Shown here piece after piece: positions 8,562 through 16,907 of a DNA stretch of 23,706 bases. The notes beneath the pieces were generated by a model. That model was not told the origin of the DNA. It searched no databases and was given only the letters and a program-made list of their open reading frames with translations. The stretch lies in the IMG/VR virus record IMGVR_UViG_2579779009_000002. One strand, given 5' to 3'. A program made the translations under genes and the position numbers. Every line of letters starts with the position of its first letter. Position 1 is the first letter of the stretch. This DNA is from a virus. Lineage: Duplodnaviria; Heunggongvirae; Uroviricota; Caudoviricetes.

Positions 8562-9403
8562 TGGCAACATTACTTTTAGCAGTGATTTTGGTTAGTGGTT
8601 TTATTTATGTAAACCTATCACTTTCAACAAGATACCGATATAAGCGTTCCAACGGCTGGGACGCTTATTTTTTTGTGGCTGCCTGGGGTATCGTTTTTTT
8701 TCTCCTTGGCGGTTTTTTCACCTTTATTTTGAACGTCAGCGGAGGGTTTCGTTGGCTGGCTAATGCCTTGAATCTAACACCTGACAGTTTTAATGGCATG
8801 TTGTCTTCATCGAAAGACAAACTTCAAAGAATAAATGAAATCAAACAGATAGCATGGGTTATGATTTCAATTGTCCTCGCTGCGATTTCAGGTTTTGGAA
8901 ATAAGTTACGCACATCACGTGGAGATCGTCGCTGGGATGCCTTAGCTAAAGCTGTGGGTAATAACGCTTTCGAATCATTACTTATGGAAGCGTCCGCAAG
9001 ACAGTTTCCGATCATAGCAACTCTGTCGTCTCGCAAAATCTATGTTGGCCTTGTTACTTGTCCGGCGTTAGAAAACGGGCTTTCAGAGCACCTTGAACTT
9101 CTCCCGATGTTAAGCGGATATCGGGATAAAGATGATCTAACGATTAGTATCACGACTAACTATCACCAACATTATCTTGATAGTGGTGTGATAAGTGGAA
9201 TGTCTCGGCTTAATATCGAAGATTTCCGTGTGCTCATACCAAAAGATGAGGTTGAAACAATTTCGTTTTTTGATACTGAGACATATAACAAATTTAAAGA
9301 AAATGAAGCCAGGGATAGAAAGAACTGTCGAAAGATTGGTAGTAAAAGTGCATCTTCGCGCAGCAAGCGTGCAGCAGATGCTGAGTCAAATGATCGTGCA
9401 TGA
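8561..9403 (+). CDS. Hypothetical 280-aa inner-membrane protein (three predicted TM helices plus about 165-aa C-terminal soluble domain), second gene of the accessory cassette
   Basis: Hydrophobic stretches ATLLLAVILVSGFIYVNL, YFFVAAWGIVFFLLGGFFTFILNV and IAWVMISIVLAAISGFG; Ser/Lys/Arg-rich C-terminal tail; translationally coupled to the upstream small ORF. Confidence 0.7.
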   Translation: MATLLLAVILVSGFIYVNLSLSTRYRYKRSNGWDAYFFVAAWGIVFFLLGGFFTFILNVSGGFRWLANALNLTPDSFNGMLSSSKDKLQRINEIKQIAWVMISIVLAAISGFGNKLRTSRGDRRWDALAKAVGNNAFESLLMEASARQFPIIATLSSRKIYVGLVTCPALENGLSEHLELLPMLSGYRDKDDLTISITTNYHQHYLDSGVISGMSRLNIEDFRVLIPKDEVETISFFDTETYNKFKENEARDRKNCRKIGSKSASSRSKRAADAESNDRA

Positions 9404-9451
9404 CTATGCTGCATGAGATCGCATGATCGTTTGAGGAGCATTTTTGCTGAG

Positions 9452-9476
9452 GCCCGCCAGAACTGGCGGGCTTTTG
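9452..9476 (+). terminator. Rho-independent terminator candidate downstream of the two-gene cassette
   Basis: GCCCGCCA / TGGCGGGC 8-bp stem with 4-nt loop, followed by TTTTG. Confidence 0.5.
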
Positions 9477-9520
9477 CGTAGATCATGCAACTGCATGAAA
9501 ACCACTACATAAAGCGGGCA

Positions 9521-9539
9521 GGCGTGGCGGGGATACGAG
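9521..9539. other. Candidate cohesive-end (cos) site of a P2/186-type phage
   Basis: GGCGTGGCGGGGATACGAG: the first 13 nt match the 186/P2 cos overhang as I recall it (186 GGCGTGGCGGGGAAAGCAT; P2 GGCGAGGCGGGGAAAGCAC). Position on the cos-proximal side of portal gene Q is as expected. The last 6 nt differ, so this is tentative. Confidence 0.4.
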
Positions 9540-9547
9540 CGCGCGCA

Positions 9548-9570
9548 TTGATTTCAAAAGATGAAATCAA
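9548..9570. promoter_or_regulatory. Perfect 9-bp inverted repeat TTGATTTCA-N5-TGAAATCAA upstream of the 565-aa gene (operator-like)
   Basis: Seen directly in the sequence, about 50-70 bp upstream of ATG 9617; a plausible -35 (TTCAAA) / -10 (TACGAT) pair overlaps it. Confidence 0.35.
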
Positions 9571-9616
9571 GTGGTACGATAAGTAGGATTACTACCAATT
9601 CTCAAAGGGATGTCTC

Positions 9617-11314
9617 ATGCATAGAATTGTTAAAGCTCATCTTGATAACTTCGTGAAAAGTCACGGTATTGAAAATCATCAAGAGGACACGCAGTTCGAG
9701 CTATTTTGTAATAAAGCTTTGCTGTCTTCTCGTATAAGTATGGATTATGAAATTGACGATGTAACAACCGGGGCTGGTGATGATGGCATGGATGGTGTTG
9801 CCATCATAATTGATGAAGAATTGTGTATATCTTCTGAAGATGCTACTTCAATATTTTCCTCATTACGTAAAAATCATGATGTTGATATTGTTTTCATTCA
9901 ATCAAAGCGTAGTGAGTCTTTTGATTTAGGTGATTTTTTAAAGTTTAAAGCTTCCGTTTTTAGATTTATAGAGGATTCTCCTTACTTATGTGTAGATGAA
10001 ATTCAAAAAAATGCAAGGGAAGTTTTTGATGTCATAATAAAAAATGTACCTAAGATAAGAGGTGGGCGACCAACTTTTACTGCTAAATATGTTGCAACTG
10101 GTTTATATAAAAAACCTAAAGAGTTAGAGAATGCTCGGAAGTTATTTGCAAAAGAAATTGACGAGTTGGGATATTTCTGTAATGTTAGCGTTGAGTTTGT
10201 TGATCGTGATGAATTAACACGTACTTGGATTGATACTTATTCAGTTGTCAATGCTGAATTGCCATTATTTAGTAATGCACCACTTCCCAAAATTAATGGT
10301 ATAGAAGAAGCTTATCTTGCTGTCGTTAAAGCAAAGGATTTTGTTGGTAATTTATTGATGACGGACGAGGGGTCTCTCCGTAATCATGTTTTTGTTGAGA
10401 ACGTCCGGGCGTTCTTGGGAATTGATAATCCTGTTAACGCATCGATTGCTGAGACAATTAAAAATAAAGATGCCGCTTCACGATTTCCTGTTTTAAATAA
10501 TGGAATAACAATTGTTAGTCCGGATGTAAAACTTCAAGGGAGTATTTTACATCTAGAAAATTTTCAGATAGTTAATGGCTGTCAGACATCAAATGTGCTT
10601 TACGAATGCCGCGATTCCTTAGATGATACGATGATGGTTAACTTGAAAGTCGTAGAGACATTAAACGAAGATGTTTTTTCAGAATTGGTTCGAGCGACTA
10701 ACAGTCAGACTAAGGTTGATGAGACTCAGTTCTATTCTCTTCGTCCAATAATAAAGAAAGTAGAAGCGTACTTTGATACTTATGAAGGGCAGGATGGTCG
10801 TTTATATTTAGAAAGACGTGAAAGACAATTTATCGGTAGAGATATACCTGCAGTTAGAGTATTTTCAGTTCATATGGCAGCTAAATGTGTAGCAGCTATG
10901 TTCTTCCGTCGGCCAGATCTTTCATATAGATACCCTAAAAAAATGTATGAATTGTTGGCTGAGAAAATATTTTCTAATGATACCAAGGAGATTGTATTTT
11001 ATTCAGCATGTTTAACATTATATAGATTACACCTACTTACTTCTAATGCTGATATTCCACAAAATATCAGGAAGTACAAATGGCATTTAATGGCGGTAGT
11101 TGGTGCTTTAATTGCCGGAAAGGATGTGCCTAATTTTGGCTCTAAGAAAATGGATGCGTATTGTAATAAAATCATCACTGAAATGACAAAGCATGGTGAT
11201 AAAATAAAAGCTACTTTCCAGAAGGCTGTTGATATTGTTTTGTCAATTGATGATATCACTGATGATAGAATGAAAAGGCAAGCTATTTTAGAGGAAATGC
11301 TTGCCAAGATTTAA
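9617..11314 (+). CDS. Large 565-aa accessory protein; candidate AIPR-family abortive-infection protein (tentative)
   Basis: ATG at 9617 with AAAGGGA upstream; very AT-rich (about 30% GC on a hand-counted 60-nt sample, versus about 58% in a late-gene sample). Motifs NNGITIV and QIVNGCQT resemble, from memory, conserved blocks of the AIPR family (PF10592). N-terminal GAGDDGMDGVAIIIDEE...FIQSKRS could be a PD-(D/E)xK-like nuclease signature (speculative). Confidence 0.7.
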   Translation: MHRIVKAHLDNFVKSHGIENHQEDTQFELFCNKALLSSRISMDYEIDDVTTGAGDDGMDGVAIIIDEELCISSEDATSIFSSLRKNHDVDIVFIQSKRSESFDLGDFLKFKASVFRFIEDSPYLCVDEIQKNAREVFDVIIKNVPKIRGGRPTFTAKYVATGLYKKPKELENARKLFAKEIDELGYFCNVSVEFVDRDELTRTWIDTYSVVNAELPLFSNAPLPKINGIEEAYLAVVKAKDFVGNLLMTDEGSLRNHVFVENVRAFLGIDNPVNASIAETIKNKDAASRFPVLNNGITIVSPDVKLQGSILHLENFQIVNGCQTSNVLYECRDSLDDTMMVNLKVVETLNEDVFSELVRATNSQTKVDETQFYSLRPIIKKVEAYFDTYEGQDGRLYLERRERQFIGRDIPAVRVFSVHMAAKCVAAMFFRRPDLSYRYPKKMYELLAEKIFSNDTKEIVFYSACLTLYRLHLLTSNADIPQNIRKYKWHLMAVVGALIAGKDVPNFGSKKMDAYCNKIITEMTKHGDKIKATFQKAVDIVLSIDDITDDRMKRQAILEEMLAKI

Positions 11315-11365
11315 TTATACCTTGACATGTATATTAACGTGATTTTTTAAGTTGAATATCTAAGT

Positions 11366-11399
11366 AAAAAGAGTGCTTTTATTGTTAAGCACTCTTTTT
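11366..11399. terminator. Bidirectional rho-independent terminator between the 565-aa gene (+) and portal gene Q (-)
   Basis: AAAAAGAGTGCTT - loop - AAGCACTCTTTTTT: GC-containing stem flanked by an A-tract on one side and a T-tract on the other, so it can terminate either strand. Confidence 0.6.
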
Positions 11400-11401
11400 T
11401 A

Positions 11402-12436
11402 TTAAGCTAACTCAAGGCTATATGTATTGAATTTAATAATGTCATCTTCTACCCACTCATTAATTTCTTTGATTCTTTCCTGTAAGGGGGTTAATTCGTT
11501 ACGGACGAATACCTTGCTGGCTTTTTCAATATCGCCAAATCCACCAGTGTTTTGTGGAATAATGCCCATCATCTGCGGAGGAACTCGATGTGCTGCCATC
11601 ATGTCATCGCGACTGACATTTTTGATATTCAGAAACTCATCCTTCGCCGCGACTTCTGACAACGGGATGATCTGAAGCCCGTCCTTTTTGCCGTTAGGCG
11701 AGTACATAAACAAATTGCGGAAGTTGCCTGGACCTTTGGCACTTTTCATCGCGTTGCGGAGGTTGTTTACATCTTCCTGGTTTTGCGCGGCGTCGGTCAT
11801 GTACATGATGAAGCCTGCATGACTGCCGTTAATGTAATACTTCCGGCGGAACAGCGTGGCGGACTCGTTGAGCAGGGCTGACGGAATGACAGAAAGATAG
11901 CCGGGCAGGCCGTAGATTTCTTGATTAATATCCGGCTCCATCAGGTGAAAAATGCTGCCTTTCGTGAACTGATACGGCTGCGTGGTCATGCCGTATTGCA
12001 CAAACCAGTAGGTATCCAGGTCTAACCCGCGTCGGGTGTATTTTGCCAGCGCAGGCTCAAGGGCGATAACTTCACCGAATCGGTTCGTGCGTTTCTCCAG
12101 GTAGGCGTTACCAAATACCAGATAGTCCTGCACAAAACGCGAAAAAGCCTGCTGGCTGAGCAGCGGGTGGGGGATGTAGGTACTGGTCAGAATGTTGCAT
12201 TTCACCGCAATTGGTGAACTGTGATGCACGGCGGCGCGGAAGGTGCGCGCCAGTCCGTCAAAGCTTACTGGCGGCTCATACCAGCGATCTGTCTGTAAGC
12301 ATTCCACATAGTCCAGCAGTTCGCGGCGGTCCAGAACAGGAACGGGATCACCGAAGCTGAATGCTTCGGCTGTAGTTTGACTTTTATGCTGGATCTGGTT
12401 CGTCGACGCAGCGCGGTTCTTCTTACTCTTTCCCAT
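11402..12436 (-). CDS. Q: Portal protein (P2 gpQ family)
   Basis: About 344 aa, the length of P2 gpQ, in the position and orientation of P2 Q (leftward, downstream of P, next to cos); ATG at 12434-12436 with GGAGA upstream; start overlaps the terminase stop (TGATG). Confidence 0.9.
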   Translation of the reverse strand: MGKSKKNRAASTNQIQHKSQTTAEAFSFGDPVPVLDRRELLDYVECLQTDRWYEPPVSFDGLARTFRAAVHHSSPIAVKCNILTSTYIPHPLLSQQAFSRFVQDYLVFGNAYLEKRTNRFGEVIALEPALAKYTRRGLDLDTYWFVQYGMTTQPYQFTKGSIFHLMEPDINQEIYGLPGYLSVIPSALLNESATLFRRKYYINGSHAGFIMYMTDAAQNQEDVNNLRNAMKSAKGPGNFRNLFMYSPNGKKDGLQIIPLSEVAAKDEFLNIKNVSRDDMMAAHRVPPQMMGIIPQNTGGFGDIEKASKVFVRNELTPLQERIKEINEWVEDDIIKFNTYSLELA

Positions 12437-14202
12437 CAAAAAATCTCCACAATATTACTGGTATTGGCGGACTCGCCCTGCAGTGGTTCGTTAAACAGTG
12501 CGTGCATTGTTGCCCAGGCCAGATCGGCGTGGCTGGCTTCTTCGCTGCGGCTGGCTTCATAGGTTGGGCGGTTGCCACTGGCGGTGGTTGCGCGACGGAT
12601 TGCCATGAATGACTGCGCAATGTCGGTGTGCCCGGCGTCAAACTCCAGACGGCGGTGGCTGATAATGTCGTAGGCCTTGAGTACCAGGGCGTTTTTAACG
12701 TTGGGGTTGTAGACAAACTCCCGGACGGCAGGAAAGAACGCTTTCACGTTCTCGTAAACCCCGTGACCAACGCCGGTTGAGTCGATACCGATATAGGTCA
12801 CGTTGTACTGTTCGGTAAGTTTTTTGATGGCGTCAGCCTGGGCGCGGAAGTCCATCCCGCGCCACTGGTGACGCTCAAGAATGCGGAACTTACCACCCGG
12901 CACGGCTGGCGGTGCCACCACCACGCATCCAGCGCTGTCGCCGTTTTGCGTACCTTTTGCCGGGTCATAACCGATCCACACTTCGCGCCAGCCAAACGGG
13001 CGCAGCGCCAGTGCATGAAAGTCGGTCCAGACTTCCCAACTGTCCACCATGCACGCCTGCAGCTCGCTGAGCGGAAACACGGACGCGAGATCGTCCACAA
13101 ACTCGCACATCAGCAGGTTCTGGTATTCGTCCGGGCTGTACTCCATGCGTAGCTGGTCGAGGTCGAACAGGTTACAGCCGCCGCGCACCGCATCTTCCAC
13201 GGTGACTATCTGGCGGTATTGCCCGTCTGCGCACAGCAGGCCGGGGGCCAGATTGCTGTGGGACAGGTCGATGTCCACCTTATCGGCTTTGTTGCGCCCA
13301 CGGTTGAACAGCGCACCGGACCAGAACGGATAAGCACTGTGTGTCAGACTGGATGGCGTGGAAAAATAGGTTTGTCGCCATTTTTTGTGAATAGCCATAC
13401 CGGAAGCCACTTTGCGCAGCTCCTGGAATTTCGGTATCCAGAAATATTCATCCAGATACAGGTTGCCGTGGTAACTCTGGGCCGTGCGGGCATTGGTGCC
13501 GAGGAAGTAAAGCGTGGCCCCGTTAGGAAGCACCATCGGATCGCCTTTCAGCTCCACCTCCACTTCTTTGGCAAAGTCGATGATGTACTGTTTAAAGACG
13601 TGGGCCTGAGCCTTGCTGGCAGAAAGGAAAATCTGGTTACGCCCGGTCAGCAGGGCGTCAATCAGGGCTTCACGGGCAAAGTAAAAGGTCGCGCCGATCT
13701 GGCGTGACTTCAGCAGGTTGCGGATGCGGTTGGTTTTTCCGGCTTCCCACCAGTGGCGCTGGTAGTTGAACATGGAGGAATGGAAGATTTCTTCCAGTTT
13801 CTCAATCTGTTCATCGGTGAAAACATTCTTTTCCGGCTGACGACGTGGGCCTTTGTTGCGGTTGGCAACGTTAGGGTTTAAGTCGGCTTCGTTGCCGCCA
13901 TTGTTAAACTTGCCGATCCGCGCGTGGCGCTCAGACTGGCGTGCCAGCAGGTCAATTTCTTTGAAATCTTTCCCTTCTTTGTGCTCCTTCATAATGAGCT
14001 GGCAGTAGCGTGCGGCGGTGGTGAGCTGCATCTGATCCAGCGGCCCATAGTCACCCCACTTGTCGCGTTTTTTCCAGCTGTGAACGGTTGCAACTTTCTC
14101 GCCCAGCATTTCAGCAATGCGGGCGACGCGGTATCCCTGAAAGTACAGCAGCATGGCCTGCCGACGGGGATCGAGATCTGCGGGTGTCAGTGTGGTGTTC
14201 AT
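12436..14202 (-). CDS. P: Terminase large (ATPase) subunit (P2 gpP family)
   Basis: 588 aa, close to the 590 aa of P2 gpP, upstream of Q on the same strand and divergent from the O operon; the assignment rests on length and gene order. Confidence 0.9.
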   Translation of the reverse strand: MNTTLTPADLDPRRQAMLLYFQGYRVARIAEMLGEKVATVHSWKKRDKWGDYGPLDQMQLTTAARYCQLIMKEHKEGKDFKEIDLLARQSERHARIGKFNNGGNEADLNPNVANRNKGPRRQPEKNVFTDEQIEKLEEIFHSSMFNYQRHWWEAGKTNRIRNLLKSRQIGATFYFAREALIDALLTGRNQIFLSASKAQAHVFKQYIIDFAKEVEVELKGDPMVLPNGATLYFLGTNARTAQSYHGNLYLDEYFWIPKFQELRKVASGMAIHKKWRQTYFSTPSSLTHSAYPFWSGALFNRGRNKADKVDIDLSHSNLAPGLLCADGQYRQIVTVEDAVRGGCNLFDLDQLRMEYSPDEYQNLLMCEFVDDLASVFPLSELQACMVDSWEVWTDFHALALRPFGWREVWIGYDPAKGTQNGDSAGCVVVAPPAVPGGKFRILERHQWRGMDFRAQADAIKKLTEQYNVTYIGIDSTGVGHGVYENVKAFFPAVREFVYNPNVKNALVLKAYDIISHRRLEFDAGHTDIAQSFMAIRRATTASGNRPTYEASRSEEASHADLAWATMHALFNEPLQGESANTSNIVEIF

Positions 14203-14247
14203 GGCACAAACCTACAGCCTTGAATGACGGCTTTCCCCGCCTGCGGT

Positions 14248-14267
14248 TTGTGTGGTTGTCGGTACAA
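14248..14267. promoter_or_regulatory. Late-promoter activator (Ogr/B-type) binding dyad TTGT-N12-ACAA in the divergent P / O promoter region
   Basis: TTGTGTGGTTGTCGGTACAA; P2-family late promoters carry a TGT-N12-ACA dyad near -55 (established knowledge). Centre is about 87 bp upstream of the O start codon. Confidence 0.45.
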
Positions 14268-14344
14268 ATACCGCGCATTGTTTCACTGCCCCCATCACCG
14301 CAACCATAAGGCTCCAGTAAGTTTTTTCTAACGGAGCACGGCTC

Positions 14345-15178
14345 ATGACAGTGAAAGCAAAGCGTTTTCGCATCGGGGTGGAAGGTGCCACCACCGACGG
14401 ACGCGAAATCCAGCGTGAATGGCTGGAACAGATGGCAGCCAGCTACAACCCGGCGGTGTATACCGCGCTGATTAACCTTGAGCACATCAAGTCTTATCTG
14501 CCGGACAGCACCTTTAACCGCTACGGCAAGGTGACTGCGCTGTTTGCTGAAGAAATCACGGAAGGTCCGCTGGCAGGCAAGATGGCGCTGTATGCCGACG
14601 TTGAGCCAACGGAGTCCCTGGTGGAACTGGTGAAAAAAGGCCAGAAATTATTCACCTCTATGGAAGTCAGCCCGAAGTTCGCTGATACGGGCAAAGCCTA
14701 CCTGGTCGGCCTGGCTGCCACTGATGACCCTGCCAGTCTGGGCACTGAAATGCTGACATTCAGCGCCAGTGCAGCCCATAACCCGCTGGCAAACCGCAAG
14801 CAGAATCCCGCCAATCTTTTTACCGCTGCAGAGGAAACGGTGATCGAACTGGAAGAAATCCAGGATGACAAACCGTCCCTGTTTGCCCGTGTCACGGCGC
14901 TGTTCACCAAAAAAGAGCAGTCCGATGACGCCCGGTTCTCTGATGTGCATAAGGCCGTGGAACTGGTCGCCACTGAGCAGCAGAACCTGAGTGCGCGCAC
15001 CGAAAAATCCCTGTCTGAGCAGGAAGAACGCCTGTCTGAGCTGGAGACTGCCCTGCAGGCACAGCAGACCGCCTTTAACGAACTGGTGGACAAGCTGAGC
15101 CATGAAGACAGCCGCCAGGACTACCGCCAGCGTGCAACAGGCGGTAACGCCCCCGCTGACACTCTGACCAATTGCTGA
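14345..15178 (+). CDS. O: Capsid scaffolding protein (P2 gpO family)
   Basis: 277 aa; ATG at 14345 with GGAG upstream; first gene of the rightward late capsid operon; acidic and coiled-coil-like C-terminal half. Confidence 0.85.
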   Translation: MTVKAKRFRIGVEGATTDGREIQREWLEQMAASYNPAVYTALINLEHIKSYLPDSTFNRYGKVTALFAEEITEGPLAGKMALYADVEPTESLVELVKKGQKLFTSMEVSPKFADTGKAYLVGLAATDDPASLGTEMLTFSASAAHNPLANRKQNPANLFTAAEETVIELEEIQDDKPSLFARVTALFTKKEQSDDARFSDVHKAVELVATEQQNLSARTEKSLSEQEERLSELETALQAQQTAFNELVDKLSHEDSRQDYRQRATGGNAPADTLTNC

Positions 15179-15194
15179 TGGAGCACAAAACCTG

Positions 15195-16253
15195 ATGAAG
15201 AAGAATACCCGCTTTGCTTTTAACGCTTACCTGCAGCAACTGGCGCGTCTGAACGGTGTGGCCGTTGAAGAACTGTCCAGCAAGTTCACTGTAGAGCCGT
15301 CTGTGCAGCAGACGCTGGAAGATCAGATCCAGCAGTCCGCCGCATTCCTGACGCTGATTAACGTCACGCCAGTGACTGAGCAGTCTGGTCAGTTGCTGGG
15401 GCTGGGGGTTGGCAGCACCATTGCCGGAACCACTGATACCACAGCTAAAGAGCGTGAGCCTGTCGATCCGACGCTGATGGTCGATGTGGAATATAAATGC
15501 GAGCAGACTAACTTTGACACGGTGCTGACCTACGCGAAGCTGGACCTGTGGGCGAAGTTTCAGGATTTCCAGGTGCGTATCCGTGACGCCATCGTAAAAC
15601 GTCAGGCACTGGACCGCATCATGATCGGCTTTAACGGCGTGAAGCGTGCGAAAACCTCCAACCGTAGCGAAAACCCGCTGCTGCAGGATGTGAACAAAGG
15701 CTGGCTGCAGAAAATCCGTGAAGATGCACCGGATCACGTCATGGGCAGCACCACCACGGGCGGTGAAACCACACCGGGTGCGGTGAAAGTCGGTAAAGGT
15801 GGCGAATATGCCAACCTGGACGCCGTGGTGATGGATGCCGTCAATGAGCTTATCGACGTGGTCTACCAGGACGATGACGAGCTGGTGGTGATTTGCGGTC
15901 GTGAGCTGCTATCTGACAAGTATTTCCCGCTGGTCAACAAAGAGCAGGAAAACAGTGAAAAACTGGCTGCCGATATGATCATCAGCCAGAAACGCATGGG
16001 TGGCCTGCAGGCCGTGCGTGCGCCGTTCTTCCCGCCGAATGCGCTGCTGATCACCCGTCTGGATAACCTGTCCATCTACTGGCAGGAAGACACTCGCCGC
16101 CGTTCAGTTATCGACAACCCGAAACGTGACCGGATTGAAAACTTTGAATCCGTTAACGAAGCCTATGTGGTTGAGGACTACCGCTGCGCCGCACTGGTGG
16201 AAAACATCCAGATTGGCGACTTCAGCACCGCCGCAGCAGAAACCGGAGCGTAA
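15195..16253 (+). CDS. N: Major capsid protein (P2 gpN family)
   Basis: 352 aa; N-terminus TRFAFNAYLQQLARLNGV...KFTVEPSVQQTL parallels P2 gpN as recalled. Confidence 0.9.
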   Translation: MKKNTRFAFNAYLQQLARLNGVAVEELSSKFTVEPSVQQTLEDQIQQSAAFLTLINVTPVTEQSGQLLGLGVGSTIAGTTDTTAKEREPVDPTLMVDVEYKCEQTNFDTVLTYAKLDLWAKFQDFQVRIRDAIVKRQALDRIMIGFNGVKRAKTSNRSENPLLQDVNKGWLQKIREDAPDHVMGSTTTGGETTPGAVKVGKGGEYANLDAVVMDAVNELIDVVYQDDDELVVICGRELLSDKYFPLVNKEQENSEKLAADMIISQKRMGGLQAVRAPFFPPNALLITRLDNLSIYWQEDTRRRSVIDNPKRDRIENFESVNEAYVVEDYRCAALVENIQIGDFSTAAAETGA

Positions 16254-16256
16254 TCC

Positions 16257-16907
16257 ATGAGCCTGAGTCCCGCACGGCAGCATCGCCTGCGCGTTCAGGC
16301 TGAACAGGCCGCCCGCGAGGGCGGCAGTGTTCGCCACGCGTCGGGCTATGACCTGATGCTGCTGCAACTGGCGGAAGACCGTCGCCGTCTCAAGGGCGTT
16401 CAGTCCATGGTCAAAAAAGCGGAAATCAAGGTGGAGCTGCTGCCGAAATACGTCGCCTGGGCAGAGGGTGTCCTGGCTGCCGGAGGCGCTCAACAGGATG
16501 ACGTGCTGATGTACGTGATGCTGTGGCGCATTGATGCCGGAGATTATGCCGGGGCGCTGGAGATCGGGCGTCATGCCCTGCGTCATGGTTGGGTGATGCC
16601 GCTGGGTAATCGCAATGTGCAGACCGTGCTGGCAGAGGAAATGGCAGACGCGGCGCAGAGCGCAATGCTTGCCGCCACCGGCTTTGATGCCGATCTGTTG
16701 CTGCAGACGCTGGAGCTGACAGACGGTCTGGATATGCCGGACCAGTCACGGGCTCGTCTGCATAAAGCGATTGGCGCTGTCCTGAGTGAAAGCAACCCGG
16801 CTTCCGCCCTTAATCATCTCAACCATGCGTTACAGCTCGATCCCCGCTGTGGCGTGAAAAAAGACAAACAGCAGCTGGAGCGCCGACTGCGCAATGACAG
16901 CCGCTGA
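16257..16907 (+). CDS. M: Terminase small / endonuclease subunit (P2 gpM family)
   Basis: 216 aa; follows N with a 3-nt gap; GGAG upstream; position matches P2 M. Confidence 0.8.
   Translation: MSLSPARQHRLRVQAEQAAREGGSVRHASGYDLMLLQLAEDRRRLKGVQSMVKKAEIKVELLPKYVAWAEGVLAAGGAQQDDVLMYVMLWRIDAGDYAGALEIGRHALRHGWVMPLGNRNVQTVLAEEMADAAQSAMLAATGFDADLLLQTLELTDGLDMPDQSRARLHKAIGAVLSESNPASALNHLNHALQLDPRCGVKKDKQQLERRLRNDSR

Noticed and set aside
15075-15737. 220-aa minus-strand ORF antisense to the major capsid gene N
   Set aside because: Shadow ORF in a GC-rich coding region; the plus-strand gene is strongly supported.
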